Below, in pieces: positions 30,875-41,875 of a stretch of 64,000 nucleotides of DNA (positions within the stretch are counted from its first letter, which is position 1; each line of letters starts with the position of its first letter). A program made the translations under genes and the position numbers. Source of the stretch: Candidatus Bathyarchaeota archaeon (GTDB lineage Archaea > Thermoproteota > Bathyarchaeia > 40CM-2-53-6); assembly GCA_963733055.1 (NCBI GenBank), contig CAVTBR010000001.1:960001-1024000 (forward strand), given 5' to 3'. The notes beneath the pieces were generated by a model that made no database searches, was not told where the DNA came from, and worked only from the letters and a program-made list of their open reading frames with translations.

Positions 30875-31540
30875 ATGTCGAGGCATGGATCCACGATGAA
30901 AGCGGAACCTGATCCCGCCGATTTCCCCAGTATCGGCAATCGTCACACGTTCCAATTAGGTGTTGATCATGTTTCTAAGGCGGACGCTAGAATTCGCGCC
31001 ATAGTCAAGAAGCGAGGGACGATTGATTTCGAAATAGATGGAGACCCTTTCGAATCCTTGGTCGAAGCTATAATCTCACAACAACTCAATGGGCCGGTCG
31101 CGAGGATAATCTTCGGACGTTTGAAAGCTATCGTTAACACCGAACCAATTAGCGCCGACATTTTGGGACAGGTATCTGTTCCAAAGATGCGGAAGGCGGG
31201 AGTTTCGCCTCAGAAAATACGTTACCTCAAAGATCTAACATCAAGAGTCCTGAAAGGTCGATTGAATCTTCACGACCTCAAACATATGCCCGACGATGAA
31301 ATAATCCGCCAGCTGGACGAAGTTAAGGGAATCGGGCCATGGACAGCACACATGTACCTCCTCTTTACCCTCGGGCGAACAGACGTGCTCCCCGTCGACG
31401 ACCTCGGAATACAAAAGTCAATTCAACGGGTCTACTCGTTACGCAAACGGCCAAATGCGGAAAGGATAAGCCAGATCGCCGAGAGCTGGCACCCCTACTG
31501 CTCAATCGCGTCGCTCTATCTCTGGCATGCAAAGGGTTAG
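30875..31540 (+). CDS. alkA: DNA-3-methyladenine glycosylase II (AlkA/HhH-GPD)
   Basis: [25 protein letters not shown]. Confidence 0.9.
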   Translation: MSRHGSTMKAEPDPADFPSIGNRHTFQLGVDHVSKADARIRAIVKKRGTIDFEIDGDPFESLVEAIISQQLNGPVARIIFGRLKAIVNTEPISADILGQVSVPKMRKAGVSPQKIRYLKDLTSRVLKGRLNLHDLKHMPDDEIIRQLDEVKGIGPWTAHMYLLFTLGRTDVLPVDDLGIQKSIQRVYSLRKRPNAERISQIAESWHPYCSIASLYLWHAKG

Positions 31541-31541
31541 G

Positions 31542-32426
31542 CTATCCGAAAAACCCCAGTACTCCCACTCCTAAGGCGATCGCAGCGAAGCCTAAGATTT
31601 GATGCCGTAGAAGCCTCTCCTTGAGAAAGATCCAAGCTAGAAACACCGTTACTGCGCTGAACATTCCCCCCACAGTCGACACAATGGATACGGTTCCGAC
31701 GGTTATGCCAAAAACGTAAATGACGTTTGCAAAGGTGTCAAACAAGGCTACGGAGACAATGAACCAAAATGCTCCGCGAATAGGGTTTCTGGATTTCTGC
31801 TTCCAGGCCAGAAAGGTGACTGTTAGGACTGGGATGCTTACCCATCGCATGATCAACACCGGAAGAAAAACGCCCAACACACTTGATACCGGTTTTAGCG
31901 CGAAGAAAAGCAAGCCTCCCAACAACATATAGATAATCGCATAAACTGTTCCCCGGTTTACTTTCTCAGAAACCCCCTCCAGCGCAGTCTGCACCGAGAC
32001 CAGGATTACCCCCACAATTACCAGACCAATCCCAAGCAAACGTCCTTCAGTAACGCTCTCGCCCAAGAACAAAACGGCAAAGATTATCGAGACTACGGGG
32101 CAACTACTTGCAATCGGAGAGACTATTGACAACCGGCCCACCTCGAACCCCTTGTACAAGGATAGCGTCGCAAGGCCGTTAAGCACGCCAAGCAATACAC
32201 CGCCCACCAGCGCCCATGGCTGGGGAACTAGCCGTGGGAAGTCTTGCAGTGCGAAGGGCAGAACAAAGAAGCTGCCGACAACCTGCATGAACAAGGCCGT
32301 CCGCAGAAACCCAATCCTGTTCGTCGTTAATTTCGCGATAAAGTCGGCGGTACCGAAGCCCGTAGCCGTTAGAAGCCCACAGAGTAGACTTAGACCATAA
32401 CCCAAAGCCCGATTCACTCTTCCCAC
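31542..32426 (-). CDS. EamA/DMT family transporter
   Basis: Duplicated 5-TM halves, SIVSPI, LFLGE / FLKER. Confidence 0.88.
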   Translation of the reverse strand: MGRVNRALGYGLSLLCGLLTATGFGTADFIAKLTTNRIGFLRTALFMQVVGSFFVLPFALQDFPRLVPQPWALVGGVLLGVLNGLATLSLYKGFEVGRLSIVSPIASSCPVVSIIFAVLFLGESVTEGRLLGIGLVIVGVILVSVQTALEGVSEKVNRGTVYAIIYMLLGGLLFFALKPVSSVLGVFLPVLIMRWVSIPVLTVTFLAWKQKSRNPIRGAFWFIVSVALFDTFANVIYVFGITVGTVSIVSTVGGMFSAVTVFLAWIFLKERLLRHQILGFAAIALGVGVLGFFG

Positions 32427-32531
32427 GTGTTGGCGCCATTCAGGAGCATGGCGCCTAACGAAGACTCGACAGAATGTACCGAGTCAATTTAAAGCACGAC
32501 GTCCAGTTCGTCCAAAGGCAGGCTGAAGTTC

Positions 32532-33503
32532 GTGGTATACGCGGTTGAGACGGAGGGCTTGACAAGACGTTATGGGGATTTGCTCGCCGTTGACGCACTA
32601 AACCTGAGCATTAACGAGGGAGAAATCTTCGGGTTGCTCGGTCCTAACGGGGCGGGAAAGACTACAACCCTCTCAATGCTAGCCACGCTGCTCAAACCCA
32701 CATCTGGGACGGCGAGGGTTAATGGGTTCGATGTCAGAAGTCAACCGTCTGATGTTCGGCGCTCGATTGGTATAGTGTTCCAGGATCCGAGCAGCGACGA
32801 TATTCTAACTGGGAAGGAGAATCTGTACCTACACGCTCTCATGTTCGGTGTCCCAAAAGAACAGCGCCAAGAACGAATAGACTACGTCCTAGGCCTAGTG
32901 GACCTGCGAGACCGACAGAATGATATTGTGAAGAAATACTCTGGCGGAATGCGGCGCAGACTCGAACTGGCCCGCGGCCTACTCCACAATCCCAGAATTC
33001 TATTTCTAGACGAACCGACCCTCGGCCTTGACCCGCAAACTCGAGAACACATCTGGGCATACATCCAGAACCTAGTGAAATCCGAAAAAGTTAGCGTCAT
33101 CATAACAACACATTACATGGACGAAGCAGATAGGCTATGTAACCGCGTAGCCATAATTGATCACGGTAAGATCTCGGCTTTGGATACCCCGTCAGCTTTG
33201 AAATCCAAAGTAGGCGGCGAGATCATCAAACTCCGCGTACGATCGCCCAACCTTGAACCATTAAAAAACCTGGACTACATCCTGTCCATCGACCAATCCG
33301 GAAGTACACTACGATTGACCGTTAAAGAAGCAAGTACACATTTACAAGAGGTTCTTGGCCTTGTGGGTGAAGTCGATTCTGTGGAAGTGCGCACGGCGAC
33401 TTTGAATGACGTCTTCTTACATTACACTGGGCGTGAGATTAGAGAGGAGTCCGGCGAGGGTGGCGTGTTTGAGAGAATCATTAGAGCAAGGAGTGGACAC
33501 TGA
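32532..33503 (+). CDS. ABC transporter ATP-binding protein (DrrA-like)
   Basis: GPNGAGKT, YSGGM, LFLDEPT, TTHYM. Confidence 0.95.
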   Translation: MVYAVETEGLTRRYGDLLAVDALNLSINEGEIFGLLGPNGAGKTTTLSMLATLLKPTSGTARVNGFDVRSQPSDVRRSIGIVFQDPSSDDILTGKENLYLHALMFGVPKEQRQERIDYVLGLVDLRDRQNDIVKKYSGGMRRRLELARGLLHNPRILFLDEPTLGLDPQTREHIWAYIQNLVKSEKVSVIITTHYMDEADRLCNRVAIIDHGKISALDTPSALKSKVGGEIIKLRVRSPNLEPLKNLDYILSIDQSGSTLRLTVKEASTHLQEVLGLVGEVDSVEVRTATLNDVFLHYTGREIREESGEGGVFERIIRARSGH

Positions 33504-34249
33504 TGGGTGAACTTGAGGGCTTCTACGCACTTTGGTACCGGGAGATCAAGGTGTTCACGCGGGAGAAGTCACGGATAGTATCCTCCCTATTCACACCACT
33601 CCTTTGGATAGTTGTTTTCGGCGGCGGGTTAGGATCAGCTGTGTCCCTGGCTGGGGTAAACTACCAGGTCTTCATCTTCCCCGGTATCATAGCCATGACG
33701 ATTCTCTTCTCATCCGTCTTCTTCGGGTTGTACATCGTTTGGGATAAGAAAATAGATTTCTTCAAAGAAGTACTGGTCGCCCCACTCTCGCGTACGACAA
33801 TCTTCGCGGGCAAAATGGTCGGAGGAACGATCGATGCCTTACTCCAAGGTTGCGCAATGCTCGTTCTGGGACTAGTGCTGGGAATAAACTACACAATCTT
33901 GAGAGTGCTTTTCTCGTTTGTTTTCATGTTCATACTTGCGTCGGCACTAGTGAGCCTCGGCCTTATTATCGGGTCGAACATGGAGAGTGTCGAAGGTTTC
34001 CAATTGATCATAAGCTTCCTAGTCTTTCCCATGTTTTTCTTCAGCGGAGCGCTCTTTCCACTCAAGAACCTCCCACCGTACCTCATGATCCTCACGATGC
34101 TTGACCCCGTAACCTATGCGGTTGATGGTCTTCGTGGAATACTATTGGGTTCCTCCCAGCTGCCCATTGCCCTCAACCTGGGCGTGCTCGCGGCCTTCGC
34201 GGTTGTGATGGTTGGAATCGGAACCTGGACCTTTAAACGCTTGAAATAG
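33503..34249 (+). CDS. ABC-2 type permease
   Basis: FPGII, LVAPLSR, FFSGALFP, PVTYAVD; TGATG start/stop overlap with the ATPase gene. Confidence 0.93.
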   Translation: MGELEGFYALWYREIKVFTREKSRIVSSLFTPLLWIVVFGGGLGSAVSLAGVNYQVFIFPGIIAMTILFSSVFFGLYIVWDKKIDFFKEVLVAPLSRTTIFAGKMVGGTIDALLQGCAMLVLGLVLGINYTILRVLFSFVFMFILASALVSLGLIIGSNMESVEGFQLIISFLVFPMFFFSGALFPLKNLPPYLMILTMLDPVTYAVDGLRGILLGSSQLPIALNLGVLAAFAVVMVGIGTWTFKRLK

Positions 34250-34434
34250 TAAATCAAGTATTCCGATTTGAATTAGGCAAAGAACGATATTCCCTCGCCG
34301 GATTCCACCTGAATAAAGTGCAAACAGTATCTCCAACTCTGTTGTCCATTCTGAAAGCGGCACTAGTCCTATTCGATAATTAGTGACTGGGTGGAAACGT
34401 TAAAGGTTCAAGGTACGGGTTTGAGTGAGATCGA

Positions 34435-35565
34435 ATGAAAATCACTGACGTGGAAGCCATTCCATTGCGTGCTCCCGGAGTTGACGAGGAGTTCCTTGAC
34501 GGCTCACAGGATGACGTTATCATTAGAGTACACACTGACAAAAATATCGAAGGCGTGGGTGAAGTCGATGCATCTCCTGAAATCGTAAAGGCAATTGTGG
34601 AGGCTCCAACATCGCACAGCTGGAGCAAAGGCCTCAGAGAGCTCCTGATTGGTGAAGACCCTTACGATGTTGAAAGGCTATGGGAGAAGATGTACCGAGG
34701 GTCAATCTACTACGGAAGGCGAGGAGTGGGCATTGCGGCCATTAGCGGCGTGGACATTGCGCTCTGGGACGTGATTGGGAAAGCCGAATCCAAGCCAATT
34801 AGTGAACTATTTCATGGAAAGGCCCGCAGCAGAATCAAAGTGTACGCGAGCCTCTACCCCATAGGAAGAACACCTCAAGACGTGGGAAGGAACGCTGGCG
34901 ATGCAGTTACCAAGGGATTTCGAGCCGTGAAACTCGATGGCGCACCACTCGGTCAAGATCCCGCCTCTGACAGAGAGATACTAAAGGCAAGCCGAAAGGC
35001 GGTAGGAGATAAGGTCGATCTCATGACCGACGTTACTGAACCAGGGTGGGATGTACGGGAAGCCGTATCGAGGGCTCGCATGTACTCTGAATACGGTGTT
35101 TACTTCCTCGAAGCCCCATTTGGACCAGACGAACTGGAGAAATATCGAAAACTGAGCGAAGCTGTGAATCTACGAATCGCCTACGGTGAACAGTACACGA
35201 CCCGCCACGAGTTCAACGACCTGATGGACAAGGGCCGCGTCGATGTCATCCAACCCGACATAAGTAGAGCTGGGGGAATCACGGAGCTGAGAAGGATTGC
35301 TCAACTCTCAAAGGGTCGGCGCGTGCAGCTGATACCGCATTGCTGGAAGACGGGGATATCGATCGCGGCCAACCTGCATTTTCTCGCTGGAGTCCACAAT
35401 GCTCCATACTTGGAATTCGCATTGCCTCCGAACTCACCCTTGCGCTATGATTTGTTGAAACGGGATTTCAGAGTGAGGGACGGTTATGTTGAAGTTCCAA
35501 AAGAACCGGGGTTAGGCATTGAACTGAACGAAAAGACCATTCAGAAATATCGTATCGACCATTGA
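34435..35565 (+). CDS. Mandelate racemase/muconate-lactonizing enzyme family (acid-sugar dehydratase-like) #1
   Basis: SGVDIALWD, metal ligands D/E/E, QPD, PHC, PGLGIE. Confidence 0.93.
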   Translation: MKITDVEAIPLRAPGVDEEFLDGSQDDVIIRVHTDKNIEGVGEVDASPEIVKAIVEAPTSHSWSKGLRELLIGEDPYDVERLWEKMYRGSIYYGRRGVGIAAISGVDIALWDVIGKAESKPISELFHGKARSRIKVYASLYPIGRTPQDVGRNAGDAVTKGFRAVKLDGAPLGQDPASDREILKASRKAVGDKVDLMTDVTEPGWDVREAVSRARMYSEYGVYFLEAPFGPDELEKYRKLSEAVNLRIAYGEQYTTRHEFNDLMDKGRVDVIQPDISRAGGITELRRIAQLSKGRRVQLIPHCWKTGISIAANLHFLAGVHNAPYLEFALPPNSPLRYDLLKRDFRVRDGYVEVPKEPGLGIELNEKTIQKYRIDH

Positions 35566-35579
35566 CAAGCAGCATCTAT

Positions 35580-36612
35580 TCACATTGAAAACTGGACCTT
35601 GCATCCCTCGCGAGCCGTCGCGATTTTGAACGCTGACGCAGCCTCATCTATAGGAAATGTATGCGTAACCAAAGGTTTGAGCATGACCTTCTGGTTTACT
35701 ACCAAGTTCATCGCTTCCTCGTAATTCTTCCAGGTTGATGCGAAAGTGCCGTATAATGAAACCTGTCTTCGGACTAGGTCGGTCACGGGTAGTTCGACTG
35801 GCTTTGCGAATATACCGATGTTGATTATCTTGCCCCCTTTCCTAACGAGTTGGCACGCTTGGTTCAACGCTTCGCCTGAACCCGCCGCCACTACACCCAC
35901 GTCAGCCCCTATCCCTCCTGTCAGCTCCTTCGTTCTTTCCACAGGATTCTGTTCTGTCGAATTGAGTGTCGTGAAACCCATCGTTCGTGCGATCTCAAGC
36001 CTCGCCAAATCGATGTCAATTCCCGTGACGAGTACGTCTTGGGCGCCTGATGAGCGTGCAACTTGGGCCGCCATCAATCCTATGGGGCCTGGTCCGAGGA
36101 CGGTGACGAAGTCCGTTGGTTCAACCCTCGCAACGTCCAGAAGTCCGTGAACCGTAACCGCCAAGGGTTCTATTAGGGCCGCTTCTAGAAAAGTTAGCTC
36201 GCCCCTCAACTTGTGAAGATGCCTTTCGGGAACATTCAGGTATTCAGAAAATCCGCCGTTTGTGTGTATTCCAAAGATTTTGAAGTTCAAGCAAAGGTTC
36301 GTTTGTCCCTCGCGGCAAAACTTACAGGATCCACAAGATAGAATGGATTCCCCCATGACGCGGTCCCCTGATCTGAAATCCTCCACCCCGGACCCCACCT
36401 CACTGATCTCACCGGCGTATTCGTGGCCGGGTATAACTGGAAGTCTCGCAAAACCCGCAGTACGCGGCCGTGTAATTGTAAAGACCAATGTCGCTTCCGC
36501 ATATCGACGCGCGGTGAACCTTGAGTAGGACTTCATGCGGAGTCGGTCGGGGCTTAGGCATTTCCTTGACTGAGATACCCGGAACTGGATTGTCCTTCAC
36601 AACCGCTTTCAC
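35580..36612 (-). CDS. Zn-dependent alcohol dehydrogenase (threonine/sorbitol DH-like); +1 frameshift near 36460
   Basis: (V)KAVVK...ICGSD in one frame; GHE, CGSCKFC...C and GPGPIG in the next. Confidence 0.88.
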
Positions 36613-36734
36613 ACTTCCATACCTCACTTCTTCAACTGAAGGGATGGTATCGTTGCGTATTTGCGTTGTTGCGCCTTGATAGCTTGTAGTAAGTGATTTC
36701 AAGAACCAGCGTAACTTGAATCGTTCGAGAATCT

Positions 36735-37673
36735 ATGACCTATCTAGTCACTGGAGGCACAGGATTCATCGGCGCTTACGTAATACGAGATCTGCTCGAG
36801 AAGGGTGAAAGGGTCGTAAGTTTCGATGCTTCTACAGATCTTACAATAATGGAGTATGCTAATGACCCTCGCAAGATGGAAAAAATTGTCCGGGTGTCAG
36901 GTGACCTTCTCGACCTTCCGCTCTTGCTGAACACTATAAAGGAACATGGGGTCGAGAAAATTGTGCACATGGCTTCGCTTCAAATACCGGCGTCCGACGC
37001 AAACCCACCGGCCGCAGTGAAAATCAACTGCGAAGGCACATTGAATATTCTAGAAGCTTGTCGTGTATTCAAAATCAATCGACTTGTGTGGGCCAGTTCG
37101 ATAGCCGTCTTCGGCCCTCCCGAATTTTACGGAGAGAAACCTGTTGCAAACGACGCACCCCATCACCCCGTAAGCGTGTACGGTGCTTGCAAGTCTCTGA
37201 ACGAGTACATCGCCAAACATTACTTTGACAAGTATGGCGTAGACAGCATCGGCCTGAGGTTCACGGACGTTTATGGGATAGGTAGAATTCGTGGGAAGAG
37301 TTCCTTCACCACCAAAATGATCGAGATGGCGGCGAGAGGTGAACCATACACAGTTCCTTATGGCGATGACTTGGTGGATTGGCAGTATATCGAAGACGTA
37401 TCTAGCCTAGTCATCAAAGCCTTACAATTACCTCAGAAGACGAAAACGCGAGTGTTCAACACGCAGGGCGATGTCCGCCCTGTCGTTGAGAGCGTCAATT
37501 ACCTTCAGAAAATCGCGAAGAACGCAAAACTAGATGTTGAGGGAGGAAAGTTCGGGATCGCCTGGAGATACGATACAACGCCGCTGAAGGAAGAGGTTGG
37601 CTTTGAACCGCAATATACGATGGAGAGTGGAATCGAGAAAACATACCGCGGTTTTCTAGCTCAATTAGCGTAG
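36735..37673 (+). CDS. NAD-dependent epimerase/dehydratase
   Basis: TGGTGFIG, YGACK. Confidence 0.9.
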   Translation: MTYLVTGGTGFIGAYVIRDLLEKGERVVSFDASTDLTIMEYANDPRKMEKIVRVSGDLLDLPLLLNTIKEHGVEKIVHMASLQIPASDANPPAAVKINCEGTLNILEACRVFKINRLVWASSIAVFGPPEFYGEKPVANDAPHHPVSVYGACKSLNEYIAKHYFDKYGVDSIGLRFTDVYGIGRIRGKSSFTTKMIEMAARGEPYTVPYGDDLVDWQYIEDVSSLVIKALQLPQKTKTRVFNTQGDVRPVVESVNYLQKIAKNAKLDVEGGKFGIAWRYDTTPLKEEVGFEPQYTMESGIEKTYRGFLAQLA

Positions 37674-37716
37674 AGATCGCGCCGCTTCAGTAAACGCAGG
37701 TTCCGCGTTATCGGCC

Positions 37717-38849
37717 TCACACTTTGACGGCGCAGTCTTCAATTACAGTTTGGTCTAGCTCTATTCCGAGCCCGGGACCATCGGGTATTGTTAAGTATCC
37801 ATTTTCGGCCTTCATCGGTTTCTTGGCAAGCCGGGTAATGAGGGGGCTTGCGGTTCTTCTGAACTCGAGCAAGAATGCCCTAGGCATTGCGGCTACGAGT
37901 TGGAGATTGGCTGCAACGTTGATGGCGCTGCTGAATCCATGAGGGACAAGCATGATGTTCCAAAGGTCGCAAGCTTCCGCTATCCTACCGCGCCTCGGTT
38001 AGCCCGCCCGCCTTAGTTACATCGGGCTGCAAGATGTCTACGGCCCGGTTAACTATCCAGTCTCGGAAACCGTAGCGTGTGTACTCACCTTCACCGGCAG
38101 CGATGTAAACGTCCGCGGCTTTCCTCAATTCCGCGTAAGCTTCTGCATCCTCTTGAGGAAGGGCTTCCTCGAGCCAGAAAATATTGTATTTCCCTAGGCG
38201 TTTAGCCATTCTGATCGCATGGGGGAGGGACCAGTTGACGAACCGTCCCACATCCACCATGATGTCTATCTTGTCGCCTAACCGTTCTCGAAGAGTTCGC
38301 ACCATGGCTTCATCCTTCTCAGCGTCCAATCCAAAGGAAGTCTCTCGGGTTTGGCCCCAGCCGAATTTCACGGCCGTGTAACCTTCCTTGACATAGCTTT
38401 TCGCTTCATCAACTGTAGCTTCAAAGTCTTGCATGTCGAAAAGCATGCTTGCGTATACTCGGATCTTTTTCCGGTATGTTCCTCCGAGTAAAGTTGATAC
38501 TGGCAGGTGAAGGGCCTTACCCATAATGTCCCAGAGCGCCACATCTACTCCGCTCAATCCATAGATTGCGATTCCTCGCCTCCCGTACCATTCAGAGTAC
38601 GCGTACAGTTTTTCCCAAATTCGGCCTATCTCAAACGGGTTCTCGCCGACTAGCTGGGGCTTAAAGCCCACCTCAACGATTTCTTTGACCGCAAGCGTTG
38701 CTTCACTTCTTTCGCTATGCGCGACATGTTTCTCCGATCCCGGTAATTCCATCATCTGTGTCGATCGTCACAAGCGCAGCGTCCGGTCCGCCCGAGATGG
38801 ATTTCTCGGCAGTCTTCAACGGAGTGACGGTAACGTCAGTAATCTTCAT
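37717..38849 (-). CDS. Mandelate racemase/MLE family #2; two +1 frameshifts (near 38727 and 37988)
   Basis: MKITDVTV...TDDGITGIGE / SGVDVALWD...QPD...GGLTEA / RIAEA...PHG...PGLGIE. Confidence 0.85.
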
Positions 38850-39040
38850 TCCAAATCAGTCGTCCCAAGATTGTCTGTCCGAAACATAAAGGGATGGGAA
38901 GGGAACTAAGACGCTTGGAATCCGACCCTACGAATCTCCGGTTTTAGACGAAGTCGGAGCTCTACCAAGGATTTAGTAAGGAAATGTGAGGTAACAGAGC
39001 AAATCGCAGTTTAGCAAATTGTTGGAGAGTTCGGGTACGC

Positions 39041-40060
39041 ATGAAGCCTTCTCTGAAACTCGGTTACTCGGTTGCTCATGAACAGTATAATCCAAGTAAG
39101 CTTCTTGAGTTTACGGTGGCGGCTGAGAAGGCGGGTTTCGATGGGATATGGTGCAGTGACCATTTCCATCCTTGGTTTCATACGAACGCTTCCGGGGGTT
39201 TCGCTTGGGCCTGGATGGGTTCTGCGGCTGAGAAGACGAAAAAGGTACAGATCGGTTCAGCAGTAACATGCCCAATGTTCCGCTATAACCCGGCGATCGT
39301 CGCACAAGCCTTTGCAACTCTGGGCTTCATGTATCCTGAGAGGATTTTCTTGGGTTTGGGTACTGGAGAGGCAATGAATGAGGTTCCACTAGGCTACCGA
39401 TGGCCGTCTTTCAAAGAGAGGATCCAACGCCTAGAAGAGGCAATCAAAGTCATCAAGCTCCTTTGGAGTGAAAGCTGGGTGAGCTTCAAAGGACGCTATT
39501 ACCGACTGAAAAAAGCGAACTTGTACACAAAACCGAAATCACCTGTGCCAATATACGTTGCCGCTAGCGGTGTGGCGGCAACTGAACTTGCCGGCCGGTA
39601 CGCGGACGGGTTTTTGACTCTGCCTTTTCCTGAGAGTCATTACACAAACGTTCTCTTTCCTACCTTAAACAAAGCTGCCCGTGAAGCGGGAAGAGATCCC
39701 GAGAGCATTGACAAGGCCGTAGAAGTATACGTTTCCTACAGCGAAGATTACGATAAGGCGTTGGCATCGGTTCGATGCTGGGCGGGCACTGTCCTCCCCT
39801 TCGTTTTCAAATACCCGGTTTCCGATCCAAGGGAGATTGAAGCCCACGGGCGACTAGTCGGAAACGAACAACTAACTCAATCATGGCTTATCGGCACAAC
39901 CGCTGAACAACACATTAAGTGCATTGAAAAGTACATCCGTCTAGGTTTCACGAACATTCACGTTACGAGTTCAAGTCCTGAGGAATCCAAAACAATCGAA
40001 ATCTATGCAAAACAGATCGTGCCATATATCAAATCAACATATGCAAAATCGACTCAGTAA
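39041..40060 (+). CDS. F420-dependent LLM-class oxidoreductase (G6PDH-F420-like)
   Basis: AHEQY, SDHFHPW, RYNPA, GTGEAMNE. Confidence 0.9.
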   Translation: MKPSLKLGYSVAHEQYNPSKLLEFTVAAEKAGFDGIWCSDHFHPWFHTNASGGFAWAWMGSAAEKTKKVQIGSAVTCPMFRYNPAIVAQAFATLGFMYPERIFLGLGTGEAMNEVPLGYRWPSFKERIQRLEEAIKVIKLLWSESWVSFKGRYYRLKKANLYTKPKSPVPIYVAASGVAATELAGRYADGFLTLPFPESHYTNVLFPTLNKAAREAGRDPESIDKAVEVYVSYSEDYDKALASVRCWAGTVLPFVFKYPVSDPREIEAHGRLVGNEQLTQSWLIGTTAEQHIKCIEKYIRLGFTNIHVTSSSPEESKTIEIYAKQIVPYIKSTYAKSTQ

Positions 40061-40131
40061 AGCGGCCCGAGCATCTTTTCCACAGTACGCTGTAGGACGA
40101 TAATCCGCTCTCGGCGTCGTTTCGAGTGTGT

Positions 40132-41751
40132 CTATTCAGGGGGGATGTTTCGGAATATCATTCCGATGTCTATCCCTTGCTTCTTTCTTATGGCCACTAT
40201 GACCCAGTATAGTATGAATGGAATCACGAAGGTCGCTACAAGAAGGAGTGTGGAGGGAAGACCGAAACCTAGGGCTGGGGTGAAGGTGAACGCGTATACG
40301 GCGAGACCATTGTAAAATAGTCCAAGTATTCCGCCAATGCTGATGACAGGGATTCCAGCTATCTGGTACTTTCTCACAGGTGAATTTGCCCAGAGGCTCT
40401 TCCTGAGAGGAAGTAGTGCCGCGGCTAAGCAGAGGACTGATACTGTGACTAGCGTCGTATCCCAGGCGGCCGCTGTAAAGAACCCCAGATAGGAGGCATA
40501 GAAAGTGAACACGACGAAAACGAACAAGCCGATAATCCAATTGACGGATATGCTGAAAACAGGAGTGTGGAACCTGTCGCTCACGTCAGAAAACTTCGAA
40601 GGCAGAAGACGGTCGAATGACCAAGCAAACGATTCCCTGCTCAGGACAAGCATTGTCGCGGGCACATAACAAAACGTCGCAGCCACCATACTTGCCATAA
40701 TAAGGAACTGTATTACTGGATTGTTCGCTAGCATCATAGGAACTAAAATCATGACGATTGATCCAGAAAAGCCGGTAATCGCGGGTATGCTAAAGTAACT
40801 AGAGTTGTAAGACAGGATTTGGTTGATCGAGACTAAGATGTCGTTGCCGACCGTTTGCCGGGCGGCGAGCAGAGATACTGTAACTATTATCGCAATCAGC
40901 GCACTCGGTATGAGCATGGCATAGAGGTGAGTCTTCGCCTCATTCGCTCTTCTTACCTCTCCGGAAGCATATGCGTTCCAGTAAGTGTTGAACGAGCCTG
41001 CTGTGAAGCCCAACGAGAAGAGTATCGGTAGCGGTGCCAGGGTTAGCGGGGTGAAGGCCGGGGCATAGTTGGTCTTTGCGTAGGTTATGATTGCTGTTGA
41101 ATTCGATCCGAGGTAGGTCGGTAGAACGTTTGAGAGTTGTGCACTACTGGCACCAACCCATAGTGCGATTATGAGGAAAATGCCGATGAACATGACTATG
41201 GTCATAGGGAGCTGGAAGGTTCTAACCAGCCTCCGTGTGCCCAGTACAGTAACTGCTAAACAGATGAGAAGGAAAATCGCGCCTACGATAATCACCCAGA
41301 ATGGTTGTGTGAGAGCGAGCGAAGCGGCCACTAGTCCTGGGTTCCCACTCGAAATACCCATGGTGTACAACCCCGGCACTAACCCCCATGTGATCATGAA
41401 ACTTGGGTAGAGTGCGAGAGCCAAAATCCAGCCTAACCACATCAACGCTTCGGAAGGCCACCCAATTGCGGGATGCAGGACGCGGCTAGTTGCAACGTAT
41501 GGTGCAGCGGACCGGGGAAAGGTTGCAGAAAGCATAGCATAGGAAACGATGGATCCCAAAACGCTGAAAATGAACCCGAGCCCCGTCGCTAAGAGTGGGT
41601 CTCCTCCGGGGACTGCAAACCAAATCCACCATGGAGTTAGCGCGAGAGCGGCAAGCGGGACCACCCCATTCATGTTGGTCATCAAGTGGTCGAAGAAGCT
41701 AATTTCACGCACTAAGCCCGTTGCATCTCTAACGAAGGTTTTCGCGGCCAA
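40132..41751 (-). CDS. APC family amino acid/polyamine permease
   Basis: FVRDATGLVRE, FAWSFDRLLP, C-terminal IPPE. Confidence 0.9.
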   Translation of the reverse strand: MAAKTFVRDATGLVREISFFDHLMTNMNGVVPLAALALTPWWIWFAVPGGDPLLATGLGFIFSVLGSIVSYAMLSATFPRSAAPYVATSRVLHPAIGWPSEALMWLGWILALALYPSFMITWGLVPGLYTMGISSGNPGLVAASLALTQPFWVIIVGAIFLLICLAVTVLGTRRLVRTFQLPMTIVMFIGIFLIIALWVGASSAQLSNVLPTYLGSNSTAIITYAKTNYAPAFTPLTLAPLPILFSLGFTAGSFNTYWNAYASGEVRRANEAKTHLYAMLIPSALIAIIVTVSLLAARQTVGNDILVSINQILSYNSSYFSIPAITGFSGSIVMILVPMMLANNPVIQFLIMASMVAATFCYVPATMLVLSRESFAWSFDRLLPSKFSDVSDRFHTPVFSISVNWIIGLFVFVVFTFYASYLGFFTAAAWDTTLVTVSVLCLAAALLPLRKSLWANSPVRKYQIAGIPVISIGGILGLFYNGLAVYAFTFTPALGFGLPSTLLLVATFVIPFILYWVIVAIRKKQGIDIGMIFRNIPPE

Positions 41752-41875
41752 TCAACAAGCACAAGTAATTCGCAGCTCAGTGCGCTTATAACACTATTGG
41801 GGCATAGTGCAGTGCCGCACGAACGAGCATTAGCTTTTCTTCTCGTGAACGGAACTTCTCACGTGGCTTGGTTAG